From Macrostomum lignano (Eukaryota), in NCBI GenBank assembly GCA_002269645.1, contig NIVC01000038.1:992001-1056000 (forward strand): a stretch of DNA of 64,000 nucleotides. The letters are read 5' to 3'. A program made the translations under genes and the position numbers. The notes beneath the pieces are model-generated. The model was not told where the DNA came from, did no database searches, and saw nothing but the letters and a program-made list of their open reading frames with translations. Positions 1 to 11,985 of the stretch are shown piece by piece (the first letter of the stretch is position 1; the number at the start of each line of letters is the position of its first letter).

Positions 1-432
1 TTGGCACCACAGTGACACACAGGAGTTGGCGCCACAGTGACACACAGGAGTTGGCGCCACAGTGACACACAGGAGTTGGCGCCACAGTGACACACAGGAG
101 TTGGCGCCACAGTGACACACAGGAGTTGGCGCCACAGTGACACACAGGATGTGGCGCCACAATGCCATGAAAGATTAGTGTCACAATGACATTAAAGATT
201 GGCGCCACAGTGACACACAGGATTTGGCGCCACAATGACATTAAAGATCGGCGCCACAATGCCATGAGAGATTGGCGCGACAATGACATTAAAGATTGGC
301 GCCACAATGACATGAGAGATTGGCGCCACAATGACATTAAAGATTGGCGCCACAATGACATTAAAGATTGGCGCCACAATGACATTAAAGATTGGCGCCA
401 CAGTGACATCTGATGTGGCGCCACAATGACAC
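1..432. repeat. Minisatellite: 25-bp unit (TTGGCGCCACAGTGACACACAGGAG) grading into a 24-bp unit (ATTGGCGCCACAATGACATTAAAG)
   Basis: Tandem units read directly; ORFs 186..413 and 192..401 are translations of the repeat. Confidence 0.95.
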
Positions 433-851
433 TCAAGACGCGCTATTTTCCTGCTTTCTAATTTCTAGTAACTATCTGTATAAATACTCACGAAGCCGCA
501 GCTGAAGCCTCGCGGATGCAGGAGTGCAGGATTTCAGCAAGGAGATTTTGGGAAATGGTGGGGGGGAAGCAGGAAAAATGAAGAGCAGGAAATTAGTAGC
601 GCTACGCTACTAGGGGAAGAGGAAGCCTTTGTAAAACTGAAAGGCATTGTGTAGCAGCACGCCCGGGTTTCGTATTATAATTAATAAGGCTCGGAGGCTC
701 AAGCTCAGACAGTGAAAGAGAAACCAACTCATAACTCTCAGTTATGTCACCACAGCGGTGTTAGATATATTGAGGAGGATCCTTTCTGCGTGTGCAACAA
801 GCTTTCACCTGCTTGACTGAGTCAATATCTTTTTCAATGCCTTTGAATTCA

Positions 852-1265
852 TCTGGCGCCACTATAAGGAACTTCGTCTGGCGCCACTATAAGGACCTTC
901 ATCTGGCGCCACTATAAGGACCTTCATCTGGCGCCACTATAAGGACCTTCACCTGGTGCCACTATAAGGACCTTCATCTGGCGCCACTATAAGGACCTTC
1001 ACCTGGCGCCACTATAAGGACCTTCATCTGGCGCCACTATAAGGACCTTCATCTGGCGCCACTATAAGGACCTTCATCTGGCGCCACTATAAGGACCTTC
1101 ATCTGGCGCCACTATAAGGACCTTCGTCTGACGTCAATATAAGGACCTTCGTCTGGCGCCACTATAAGGACCTTCGTCTGGCGTCACTATAAGGACCTTC
1201 GTCGGGCGTCACTATAAGGACCTTCACCTGGCGCCACTATAAGGACCTTCATCTGGCGCCACTCA
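852..1265. repeat. 25-bp minisatellite (ATCTGGCGCCACTATAAGGACCTTC)n
   Basis: About 16 near-identical tandem units. Confidence 0.95.
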
Positions 1266-2041
1266 AGAATCTTAAAATCTCAGCTACCTAATAAGAAATT
1301 TTCCTGCTACTAAAAGTAAAATTACATGAATTTTCTGTTTACAAACCCATCAACAGATAAGTGTTTCTGTATAACAAAAATAGTTGTACAGTACAAGATG
1401 ATGTGTATTATTTTTAAAGCGAGAACTTACCGGTTAGATGAATTATTTACTTCTGACCTACTGGGCAACAGGCAAAATGCTGTATAAGTTCTTTCTCGAT
1501 ATTATTTTTTCTAACTGTTAGTCTGTCATGCAGAACTGAAGAGCAACTGATTTTTGCATAAAGTAGTGTCGTCACTCGCTCCAAACCTCAAGCTCATGCA
1601 CCCCAGCTGTTGGCGGTGAGTAACTTTACAAACCTACACAAGTCGTTACCAGCTTAAGAGCTGTGGCCGGGGTCTGTCACACACACTGACGACCAATCGG
1701 GTTGCAGTACAGAGTGTAGGCTTAAATACTTTAACAGAATTTCTTTTGCGTAGGGTGTTTGTTGAGCTACCATAATAAGTTCTGCACACACAGACAGGCA
1801 TGCACTGAGAAAGAATTGGAATATATTGATTTGCATTGGTTGGAATCGTACATTAGCCAACGAGACAGAACTCTGACTGACTGACTGCTCAGTCCCAAAA
1901 CAGCCACTTGGAAATGGTCAAAATCAATGTACGTTGATTAAATTGTAGAAAAGCACAAACTGTTAGGGTGGGAGTTCAAAATCTACTTTAAATTGGTGTT
2001 TTTTATGGACTGTCTTCAGCGCATTACCTCGTAGGGACACA

Positions 2042-3135
2042 TAAGATTGGCGCTCTATGATCAATAAGATTGGCGCTCTATGATCAATAAGACTGGCGCT
2101 CTATGATCAATAAGACTGGCGCTCTATGATCAATAAGATTGGCGCTCTATGATCAATAAGACTGGCGCTCTATGATCAATAAGATTGGCGCTCTATGATC
2201 AATAAGATTGGCGCTCTATGATCAAAAAGACTGGCGCTCTATGATCAATAAGATTGGCGCTCTATGATCAATAAGACTGGTGCTCTATGATCAATAAGAC
2301 TGGCGCTCTATGATCAATGAGATTGGCGCTCTATGATCAATAAGACTGGCGCTCTATGATCAATAAGATTGGCGCTCTATGATCAAAAAGACTGGCGCTC
2401 TATGATCAATAAGATTGGCGCTCTATGATCAATAAGACTGGCGCTCTATGATCAATAAGACTGGTGCTCTATGATCAATAAGACTGGCGCTCTATGATCA
2501 ATGAGATTGGCGCTCTATGATCAATAAGACTGGTGCTCTATGATCAATAAGACTGGCGCTCTATGATCAATAAGATTGGCGCTCTATGATCAATAAGACT
2601 GGCGCTCTATGATCAATAAGATTGGCGCTCTATGATCAATAAGATTGGCGCTCTATGATCAAAAAGACTGGCGCTCTATGATCAATAAGATTGGCGCTCT
2701 ATGATCAATAAGATTGGCGCTCTATGATCAAAAAGACTGGCGCTCTATGATCAATAAGATTGGCGCTCTATGATCAATAAAATTGGCGCTCTATGATCAA
2801 TAAGATTGGCGCTCTATGATCAATAAGACTGGCGCTCTATGATCAATAAGACTGGTGCTCTATGATCAATAAGACTGGCGCTCTTTGATCAATAAGATTG
2901 GCGCTCTATGATCAATAAGATTGGCGCTCTATGATCAATAAGATTGGCGCTCTATGATCAATAAGACTGGCGCTCTATGATCAATAAGACTGGTGCTCTA
3001 TGATCAATAAGACTGGCGCTCTATGATCAATGAGATTGGCGCTCTATGATCAATAAGACTGGTGCTCTATGATCAATAAGATTGGCGCTCTATGATCAAT
3101 AAGATTGGCGCTCTATGATCAATGAGATTGATGCT
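2042..3135. repeat. 23-bp minisatellite (ATTGGCGCTCTATGATCAATAAG)n
   Basis: Long homogeneous tandem array with few SNP variants. Confidence 0.95.
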
Positions 3136-3547
3136 GTATGATCAGATTGTCACTCTGTTCTGAGGAAACCAGTTGTAACTGGGTAGAGAGCTAATTTTGA
3201 GAGCAAGTCTTTCGAAAATTTACGCAGCAACAAGAGCAAGCACGTGTTTGAGCAAAAAGAAATCTTCCATGGGTGCCTGAACTCCTCTTCGATTGCTCCT
3301 GCAGGTCCTGTGCCATTTGATCCCCCTACTCTGAGGATTCCGCGAGCCGCTCCTTTGATCTGTCGCTACTTGTCGCTGAGCGGTTATTAAAAATAATGAA
3401 AACGCGCTGCTCAAGCCACGAAAGCGAAGTACTTTTTGAGCTGAATTCACTGCAGTTCAGTTTACTCACTAGGGGCGTTGCTCAAACCACTGCTTTTACT
3501 AAGACTACTCAGCATGAAACTGGCTGAGTACATTTGCTTATGAGCAT

Positions 3548-3553
3548 GGCTGC

Positions 3554-3585
<32 letters not shown>

Positions 3586-3734
3586 GTGTCTGTCTGTCTG
3601 TCTGTCTGTCTGTGTGTCTGTCTGTCTGTGTGTGTGTCTGCCTGCCTGGCTGCCTGGCTGCCTGTCTGTCTGTCTGTGTGTCTGTCTGTGTGTCTGCCTG
3701 CCTGGCTGCCTGGCTGCCTGTCTGTCTGTCTGTG

Positions 3735-3807
<73 letters not shown>

Positions 3808-3882
3808 TAGTGTCTGTCTGTCTGTCTTTCTGTCTTAGTGTCTGCCTGTCTTTCTGTCTGTCTGTCTGTCTGTCTGTCTTAG

Positions 3883-3919
<37 letters not shown>

Positions 3920-4045
3920 TAGTGTCTGTCTGTCTGTCTTTCTGTCTTAGTGTCTGCCTGTCTTTCTGTCTGTCTGTCTGTCTGTCTGTCTTAGTGTCTG
4001 TCTGTCTGTCTGTCTGTCTTAGTGTCTGTCTGTCTGTCTGTCTGT
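3548..4045. repeat. (TGTC)n microsatellite
   Basis: Simple tetranucleotide repeat; source of the CLSV-type ORFs. Confidence 0.95.
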
Positions 4046-4257
4046 CGTATTGCTGCATTGACAACCGAAATTAATGCCCGAGAGCCATCAGTCATGGGGA
4101 CTCACGTCAGTCAAAGGCAGGCTTGGCACCCCATTGCTGTTCCCCGGCTGCTCAGTTGATGATGAGGCTCGGTAGACGCAGCTTCCAAGACGGATGGCCT
4201 CGCCTGAGGTGATAAAATTGGACCAGAGAGTCTGTGGCGAGTGTGTGCTGTCACACC

Positions 4258-4880
4258 TGTCTACCCCCACTTACCCCACTAGCTCCCCTGTCTACCTCAC
4301 TATAGCTCCCCTGTCTACCTCACTAGCTCCCGTGTCTACCTCACTAGCTCCAGTGTCTACCTCACTAGCTCCCCTGTCTACCTCACTAGCTCCGCTGTCT
4401 ACCTCACTATAGCTCCCCTGTCTACCTCACTAGAGCTCCCCTGTCTACCTCACTAGAGCTCCCCTGTCGACCTCACTATAGCTCCCCTGTCTACCTCACT
4501 AGAGCTCCCCTGTCTACCTCACTATAGCTCCCCTGTCTACCTCACTAGCTCCCCTGTCTACCTCACTAGAGCTCCCCTGTCTACCTCACTATAGCTCCCC
4601 TGTCTACCTCACTAGCTCCCCTGTATACCTCACTAGAGCTCCCCTGTCTACCTCACTAGAGCTCCCCTGTCTACCTCACTAGCTCCCCTGTATACCTCAC
4701 TAGAGCTCCCCTGTCTACCTCACTAGAGCTCCCCTGTCTACCTCACTAGCTCCCGTGTCTACCTCACTAGCTCCCCTGTATACCTCACTAGAGCTCCCCT
4801 GTCTACCTCACTATAGCTCCCCTGTCTACCTCACTATAGCTCCCCTGTCTACCTCACTAGCTCCCTGTCTACCTCACTAG
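4258..4880. repeat. 21-23-bp minisatellite (CTCCCCTGTCTACCTCACTAG)n
   Basis: Tandem units with 0-2 nt inserts. Confidence 0.95.
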
Positions 4881-5861
4881 CTCCTGTGTCTATCTCGTAG
4901 CTCCCGTATCCATTTACTAAAACCGAACAACTGAACATCCCGATGAACTTTTCCGCATAAGCCAGCCCAGCCAGACTTACCCAATCGGTTCCGTTTATCT
5001 CTGTAGGCAATTCTAATGCTATTAAAGTCTCGCCGACCCTGGTACAGGTCCATATCTACAAATACCAATAATAACTCGCGGCTAACAAAAGTAACTATAT
5101 TATTCTCTGTTAACTCTCCGTGTGGGAAAGTTTGCCAATGAAAGGAAAAAATTACTTGTCTATACAGCGCCGAAAGCAAATGTTCTCAAACTATTAAAGT
5201 CAGCTTGAAGCAAACATTGCAGCGAAAAAGAAATCTGCACGCCCCCCTACTCCCCCAGTTTTTCAATTCTGTTTCTACCCAGCAAAGTGCATTCGAGCCG
5301 AGCCAACGAGAGCCAAGCAACCGCCGAGGCAGCAAAGAAACTGCAAAGCAAAAAAAATGAGAAGAAAAAAACGATTAAGTTTTTGCCAACTCTCACCCCT
5401 CTCGCTGTGCGCAGGTCACGCGGGGTGAGGGCTAGCGGCGCTGTGCAGTACTGCTCAAACTGAATTCCTACACAGCTCACTCTACCATATTTATTGTTCA
5501 ACTGTGTACATCATTCCTCTGACAATATTTCTTTGCACAAGAAGCCAAGGCTGACAAATGGTCAACTCAAAATTCATTTCTTATCTCTGCTGTCAGCGGG
5601 CCCCACCCGGTTAGCCAAGCAACCGGTCTGTCAGTTTGCCAAGCTGCACTGTGCGACCCACTGTGCGATTGCAGGGCTTTATAGTTTCTGTTTGCTTGGG
5701 CAATGATTTGAGCAGTCCAATTGTGTGGCTACTCTGTGCTCAGCAAGGTGTCACGCTTAAGATGGTGTTAAAGCGGGTGGGAGGCTGGTGGGTCAGAAAC
5801 TTAGAACAGATTTTTTCCGGCGTGAGGGGCAACACGGAGGCAAAAAAAAGAATGAACTGAT

Positions 5862-6039
5862 GATAGATAGATATACAAATAAATAGATTGATGGATATAA
5901 AGATAGATAGATAGGTAGATAGATTGATAGATAGATAGATAGATAGATGGATAGGTAGATAGATAGATCGATAGATAGATGGATAGGTAGATAAATAGAT
6001 AGATGGATAGATGGATAGATGGATAGAAAGATGGATAGG

Positions 6040-6096
<57 letters not shown>

Positions 6097-6126
6097 GGAT
6101 AGATGGATAGATAGATAGATAGATAT

Positions 6127-6196
<70 letters not shown>

Positions 6197-6207
6197 GAAT
6201 AGATAGG

Positions 6208-6254
<47 letters not shown>

Positions 6255-6407
6255 GTAGATAGATAGATAGATGGATAGGTAGATAGATAGATGGATAGAT
6301 AGATAGATAGATAGATGGATAGGTAGATAGATAGATAGATAGATAGATGGATAGGTAGATAGATAGATAGATAGATAGATAGGTAGATAGATAGATAGAT
6401 AGATAGG

Positions 6408-6482
<75 letters not shown>

Positions 6483-6498
6483 GTAAATACACAGATAG
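5862..6498. repeat. (GATA)n microsatellite
   Basis: Simple repeat; source of the YLSI-type ORF 5740..6492. Confidence 0.95.
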
Positions 6499-6907
6499 AT
6501 CCTTAAGCAGTGGATCTTATCAGTTAATTTAATTTCATTACAAACGTAATAAACTTACAGTAATTAGCTAGGCGTTGCTTTGATTCACTGATCCGATGTG
6601 CTTTAAATTATTTAGCAGAAATCTAAATTTTGTTAAATTAGTTCGACACAGTGCTGCAGCTTAGTTTTTAAAACTTCTATAGGAAAAGTGAATGCCTGTT
6701 TTAAGCCAAATAAATATTTAATCCGATCTTGGTTACTGTCTTGCGGTTTCCAACGAGGTCAGTTGCGGGTTCTGAATTTGTATTTTCTGAGTTCACGAGA
6801 CTAAAGGCGTCAAAGTTAAGTAGAATGAGTCGTTGGGTTCTGTTCAGACTGAGATGGTGAAAGGCAGACAAGAAACTTAATGCTAAACAGGATTGGCTGT
6901 TAAACAA

Positions 6908-7590
6908 AGAAATCTGTTAGACAGGGGAATCTGTTAGACAGGGGGAATCTGTTAGACAGAGGGGAATCTTTTAGACAGGTGGAATCTGTTAGACAGGGGA
7001 ATCTGTTAGACAGGGGCAATCTGTTAGACAGGGCAATCTGTTAGACAATGGAAATCTGTTAGACAGGGGAAGCTGTTAGACAGGGGAATCTGTTAGACAG
7101 GTGGAATCTGTTTGACAGGGGGAATCTGTTAGACAGAGGGGAATCTGTTAGACAGGGGGAATCTGTTAGACAGAGGGGAATCTGTTAGACAGGGGAATCT
7201 GTTAGACAGAGGGGAATCTGTTAGACAGAGGGGAATCTGTTAGACAGGGGAATCTGTTAGACAGGGAGGATCTGTTAGACAATGGAAATCTTTTAGACAG
7301 GGGAATCTGTTAGACAATAGAAATCTGTTAGACAGGGGAATCTGTTAGACAGAGGGGAATCTGTTAGACAGGGGAATCTGTTAGACAGGGGAATCTGTTA
7401 GACAGAGGGGAATCTGTTAGACAGAGGGGAATCTGTTAGACAGAGGGGAATCTGTTAGACAGGGGAATCTGTTAGACAGGGGAATCTGTTAGACAGGGGA
7501 ATCTGTTAGACAGGGGAATCTGTTAGACAGAGGGGAATCTGTTAGACAGAGGGGAATCTGTTAGACAGAGGGGAATCTGTTAGACAAGAC
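6908..7590. repeat. 17-19-bp minisatellite (AATCTGTTAGACAGGGG)n
   Basis: Tandem units read directly. Confidence 0.95.
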
Positions 7591-7923
7591 ACTGTAACAG
7601 GTTAGCTAAGAAGACAAGGGCACAACAAAATGAATAAAAGTACAAATTAAGGGAGACTTCTTAACACAAACAAGTTTGCAAAAACTAAAAATTAGATTTT
7701 TCACGTGTAAATATCTCTACTTATATATACTAATAATACTACTACTAAGTAGAAAAAGTAGGCCCTACTTCGAAAACTGAACTGAAAATAAAAATAGGTT
7801 TTGATATTGAGCAATTCTGCAGGCTCTTGCAGTGCAGTCCTCTCTGCGTTCGCTGAGTTCAATAGAAAACAAATTTAGTACGCAGGTGTCAGTTTAGTTG
7901 CTTCCGTGATCCTGAAAGTTAAA

Positions 7924-8193
7924 TTAGGAATTTTTAGTCGAGTAGCACCGAGCGATGTGCTCTTGCATGCACTCGATCACGGAGTCCGGGATCACCAGAC
8001 AGAAGCTCTCCTTCGGAAGTTTAGCCAGACGAACTTTCGCCACGGCAATGCAAGTAGCGGCTCGGCCTTCGTCCAGTACGAGAGCTCGTTCGCCGAAAAA
8101 CTCGTTCTGATGCATCCGCTTCACCTGTTTGGAGTCGATCAGGACGTCAACTTCGCCGTCCATGATAAAGTACATTGCATCACCCGGATCGCC
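7924..8193 (-). CDS. PKA-R-like exon 4 (CNB-B, stop)
   Basis: cattacag|GGC GAT CCG acceptor; GDPGDAMYFIMDGEV...FFGERALVLDEGRAAT; TAA at 7926-7924. Confidence 0.85.
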   Translation of the reverse strand, partial: GDPGDAMYFIMDGEVDVLIDSKQVKRMHQNEFFGERALVLDEGRAATCIAVAKVRLAKLPKESFCLVIPDSVIECMQEHIARCYSTKNS

Positions 8194-10890
8194 CTGTAAT
8201 GCAAGCGTGTTTGGAGTGATTGGGTCAGTCCACGCGTTCTCTGGGATAGCTGCTAAGGGGCGCCAGCTACAGAGGGGGGCGCCAGCTACAGAGGGGGCGC
8301 CAGCTACAGAGGGGGGCGCCAGCTACAGAGGAGGCGCCAGCTACAGAGGGGGGCGCCAGCTACAGAGGGGGCGCCAGCTACAGAGGGGCGCCACAGAGGG
8401 GCGTCAGCTACAGAGAAGGGGCGCCAGCTACAGAGGGGGCGCCAGCTACAGAGGGGGCGCCAGCTACAGAGGGAGCGCCACAGAGGGGCGCCAGCTACAG
8501 AGAAGGGGCGCCAGGCGCCAGCTACAGTGGGGGCGCCAGCTACAGAGAAGGGGCGCCACAGAGGGGCGTCAGCTACAGAGGGGCGCCACAGAGGGGCGTC
8601 AGCTACAGAGAAGGGGCGCCAGCTACAGAGGGGGCGCCAGCTACAGAGAAGGGGCGCCAGCTACATATAAATGTTCACCAATTTGCAGTTAGGAAAACAA
8701 TGATTAAAAAAACTCTCTCACCTGACGACAAATGACATCCCCGAATGCAGAGTGATCACTTCAATCGCGTCAATCAATCGATTGGTAAGAGAAGGAGACA
8801 AATTGTCTCTAAACAGCGGGATGGCTTTTATCACCTGTTCAAATCGCTCAGCATTGACGATGGCGCGTTGTTTGCGCAGCCAGCCGTTTCGAAGGGCGTC
8901 CAGCACCCACAGGGAGCCGCTGGACTGCGCCACAATGTTAGCAGCCCTGGGAGCGTGGTTTATTAACGCCAGCTCGCCTGCGGGGTGACGGATTGGGAGC
9001 TGAAGATTAGCCGGCGGTTTCTTAGAAATCACAGTTTCAGACTGTGTGACATTTCAGTGTCAGATTTGTGACATTTCAGTGTCAGACTGTGTGGCATTTC
9101 AGTGTCAGACTGTCGAAGAGATAAAAACTTTCTAAGCAAACGATCAGCCGTTAAGGTTTCTTGTTTTAGAGAAAAAATGCAATTGAAAGTTAATTAACAA
9201 ACTAGCTAGTCAGTAGGTAAGTAAGTAAGTAACTAACAAACTGACTAACTAACTAACTACCTAACTAACTAACTAACTACCTAACTACCTAACTGATCAA
9301 CTACCTAACTAACTAACTAACTAACTACCTAACTGACTAACTACCTAACTAACTAACTACCTAACTACGTAACTGACTATCTACCTATCTAACTAACTAC
9401 CTAACTACCTAACTGACTATCTACCTATCTAACTAACTACCTAACTACCTAACTGATCAACTACCTAACTAACTAACTACCTAACTACCTAACTGATCAA
9501 CTACCTAACTAACTAACTAACTAACTACCTAACTGACTAACTACCTAACTAACTAACTACCTAACTACCTAACTGACTATCTACCTATCTAACTAACTAC
9601 CTAACTACCTAACTGACTAACTACCTAAATAACTAAATAAATAACTAACTAACTAACTTAGTAAATAACTAACTAACCAACTAGCGGAATAACTAACTAA
9701 CTACTGAACTAACTAACTACCTACCTTACTAACTAACTAACGAACTGAATAACTAACTAACTATTTAGCTAACTGCCGAACTAACTAACTACCTAACTAA
9801 CTAAATAACTAACTAACTGACTGAATAACTATCTAACTACCTAACCAACTAACTTAGTAAATAACTAACTAATTAACCAACCAAATAACAAACTAACTAA
9901 CATGCACTCTCACCAAAGTAGCCGTCACCGTCATAGCTGCGCACAGTGATCTGCTGCCCATTACTAGCGGGCACCGTGCACTTAAACTGGCCAGTGTTCA
10001 CCACATAAAAGGCGTCCCCAGGTCCGCCAAATTCAATCACGACATCGCCTGGTTCAACTTTGCGGTTGTACATGTAGCTGGCGACCAGCTGCAGGCTCAT
10101 GGGGGATGATGGTGGATGAAAATGGTATTATGCAAAAACTGGTTGGCTAATATTAAAAGTGGTATCATATAAACAAATCATAAATTTTTGTCAACAAAGC
10201 TTAGCAAAGCAGTAGTCTAGCTCTTAGGCCTTAGCAGTAGGCCTAGTCTCGATTCCAAATGCAGTCATCCCATTAACTTTGGGGCTAAACTGGAAACTCA
10301 GCTTGAGTCTGCTTGTGAAATTGCCACAGTACATGCCTAACGATAAATAAAGTGAGGTGTGTGCCTATGCGTATGACTGCGTACGTATCTGCGCGCTCGT
10401 GTGCCTGCTGGAGGGGCAGTAATGCCTCTAGCCGGTTGTGTGACAATGTCGCTTAAAGTGCGCCAGGGTGCACACACACCCTCACCTGCAGTTCTTCAAC
10501 GTCGTATCCTTCAAACAGCACCACAGTTCGAATATTCCGAACAATCTTATCAATATCATCAGCCGATTTCGTAAAATCTTTGCCAGTGTCAGCAAAGTCG
10601 CTCTCCTTCAATTCCTCCATGTCCACGGCTGAGATGACACTCCTGCGGGTGGTTCGAATCTCGTAAGGCGTCTCCGTGGACGGTGGAGGCAGTGTCGGGT
10701 CGCATTCGTCGATGACAAACTGCGGACAGGAGCTCTCGGCTTCGGACGGAGGCTGCTCTGCGCTGTTATAGTTGAACAATGGGCTATCGATGACGTCATC
10801 GTCAGAGGAATCGCTTTGATTGGCTCGTTGTGCTATGTCCACAGTCTGATTGTGAGACACAACTGGAGCTGATGGGACAGAAGCTTGCAT
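7924..10890 (-). CDS. PRKAR-like: cAMP-dependent protein kinase regulatory subunit-like gene (two CNB domains), 4 exons, about 368 aa after correcting one frameshift
   Basis: Exons 10890-10486, 10088-9914, 8977-8722, 8193-7924, all with GT-AG junctions. Inhibitor-site-like RRSVISA; CNB-A FGELALINHAPRAANI; CNB-B FFGERALVLDEGRAATC; GDAFYVV and GDPGDAMYFI motifs. Confidence 0.85.
8258..8665. repeat. GC-rich ~19-21-bp minisatellite (GGGGCGCCAGCTACAGAGG)n in PKA-R intron 3
   Basis: Tandem units; ORF 8129..8692 is largely repeat-derived. Confidence 0.9.
8722..8977 (-). CDS. PKA-R-like exon 3 (1-nt deletion in G run)
   Basis: ccgcag|GC GAG CTG acceptor gives GELALINHAPRAA. One extra G at 8739-8742 is needed to read SGDVICRQ into exon 4. 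Confidence 0.8.
9222..9900. repeat. (CTAA)n-type microsatellite in PKA-R intron 2
   Basis: Degenerate CTAA/CTAC repeats running up to the exon 2 donor. Confidence 0.9.
9914..10088 (-). CDS. PKA-R-like exon 2
   Basis: cctgcag|CTG GTC acceptor; LVASYMYNRKVEPGDVVIEFGGPGDAFYVV...GYF; G|GTGAGA donor, phase 1. Confidence 0.85.
10245..10482 (+). mobile_element. 5'-truncated, diverged copy of a tRNA-derived SINE in PKA-R intron 1
   Basis: Co-linear with 59628-59920 (CGATTCCAAATGCAGTCA...TTTGGGGCT...GCGTACGTATC...GTAATGCCTCT...GTCGCTTAAA.TGCGCCAGGGTGCACACA). Confidence 0.8.
10486..10890 (-). CDS. PKA-R-like exon 1 (linker, inhibitor site, start of CNB-A)
   Basis: ATG at 10890; ends ...EELQ at the CAG|GTGAGG donor, phase 0. 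Confidence 0.8.
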
Positions 10891-11329
10891 TGTTAAATAT
10901 TTAATTCACTAATAACACTAAGAGTCGATATATAGATTCAATGCAGTATTAATCGCAATAGAAATTAGAAGTCAAACTTCAATGCAATACATGTTTAACT
11001 GATTCCGACCATAGACTACGAATGCGGTTTGAATCATGGAGTTCTAAAAAAACGACTTGAGTTGAGGTCAAACAGAATTGTGAACCTTGGCGCTGGAAAT
11101 AGACAAACGATATTCAAGGTCTTGTCATTTTCAAATATATAACGCAAAGGGAACAAAAGTTTACTGAAGATATGTTACATGAAAACGATAAAAGCTTTGT
11201 TAATTGCACACTTCGGCGACAAAATTGTCTAACGCGTCACACCCGTATCTAACTGGTCTCACACCCAAATCTAACAGGTCTCACACCCGTATCTAACAGG
11301 TCTCACACCCGTATCTAACAGGTCTCACA

Positions 11330-11985
11330 GCCGCTGGAATTAAGGCTTCTGGAATCGTGTCTGCTGGAGTCGTGTCTGCTGGAATCGGGGCTGCTGGAAT
11401 CGGGGCTGCTGGAATCAAGTCTGCTGGAATCGGGGCTGCTGGAATCAAGGCTGCTGGAATCCTCGAGGCTGCTGGAATCGAGGCTGCTGGAATCGGGGCT
11501 GCTGGAATCGAGGCTGCTGGAATCGGAGCTGCTGGAATCGAGCCTGCTGGAATCGGGGCTGCTGGAATCCTCGAGGCTTCGGGAATCAAGGCTGCTGGAA
11601 TCGTGTCTGCTGAAATCAAGGCTGCTGGAATCGTTTCTGCTGGAATCAAGGCTGCTGGAATCCTCGAGGCTGCTGGAATCGAGGCTGCTGGAATCGGGGC
11701 TGCTGGAATCGAGGCTGCTGGAATCGGAGCTGCTGGAATCGAGGCTGCTGGAATCGGGGCTGCTGGAATCCTCGAGGCTTCGGGAATCAAGGCTGCTGGA
11801 ATCGTGTCTGCTGAAATCAAGGCTGCTGGAATCGTTTCTGCTGGAATCAAGGCTGCTGGAATCGTGTCTGCTGGAACCAAGGCTGCTGGAATCGTGTCTG
11901 CTGGAATCAAGGCTGCTGGAATCGTGTCTGCTGGAATCGAGGCTTCTGGAATCGGGGCTGATAGAAACGAGGCTTATGGAATCTG
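11330..11985. repeat. 15-bp minisatellite (GCTGCTGGAATCGAG)n
   Basis: Period of 15 explains the open frames on both strands (11293..11910, 11357..11986). Confidence 0.9.

Larger units (their letters stand above)
491..5160 (-). other. Possible fragments of an unidentified spliced gene
   Basis: Four canonical minus-strand donors (GTGAGT at 491, GTAAGT at 1430, GTGAGT at 4105, GTAAGT at 4980) border short unique-sequence islands between tandem arrays. No consistent protein could be built. Confidence 0.3.

Noticed and set aside
3534-6492. Long ORFs such as CLSVCLSV (3534..3950) and YLSIYLSI (5740..6492)
   Set aside because: They are translations of (TGTC)n and (GATA)n microsatellites.
1-7590. 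Tandem 23-25-bp arrays as CRISPR arrays
   Set aside because: Units abut with no unique spacers, there are no cas genes, and the context is a spliced eukaryotic genome.
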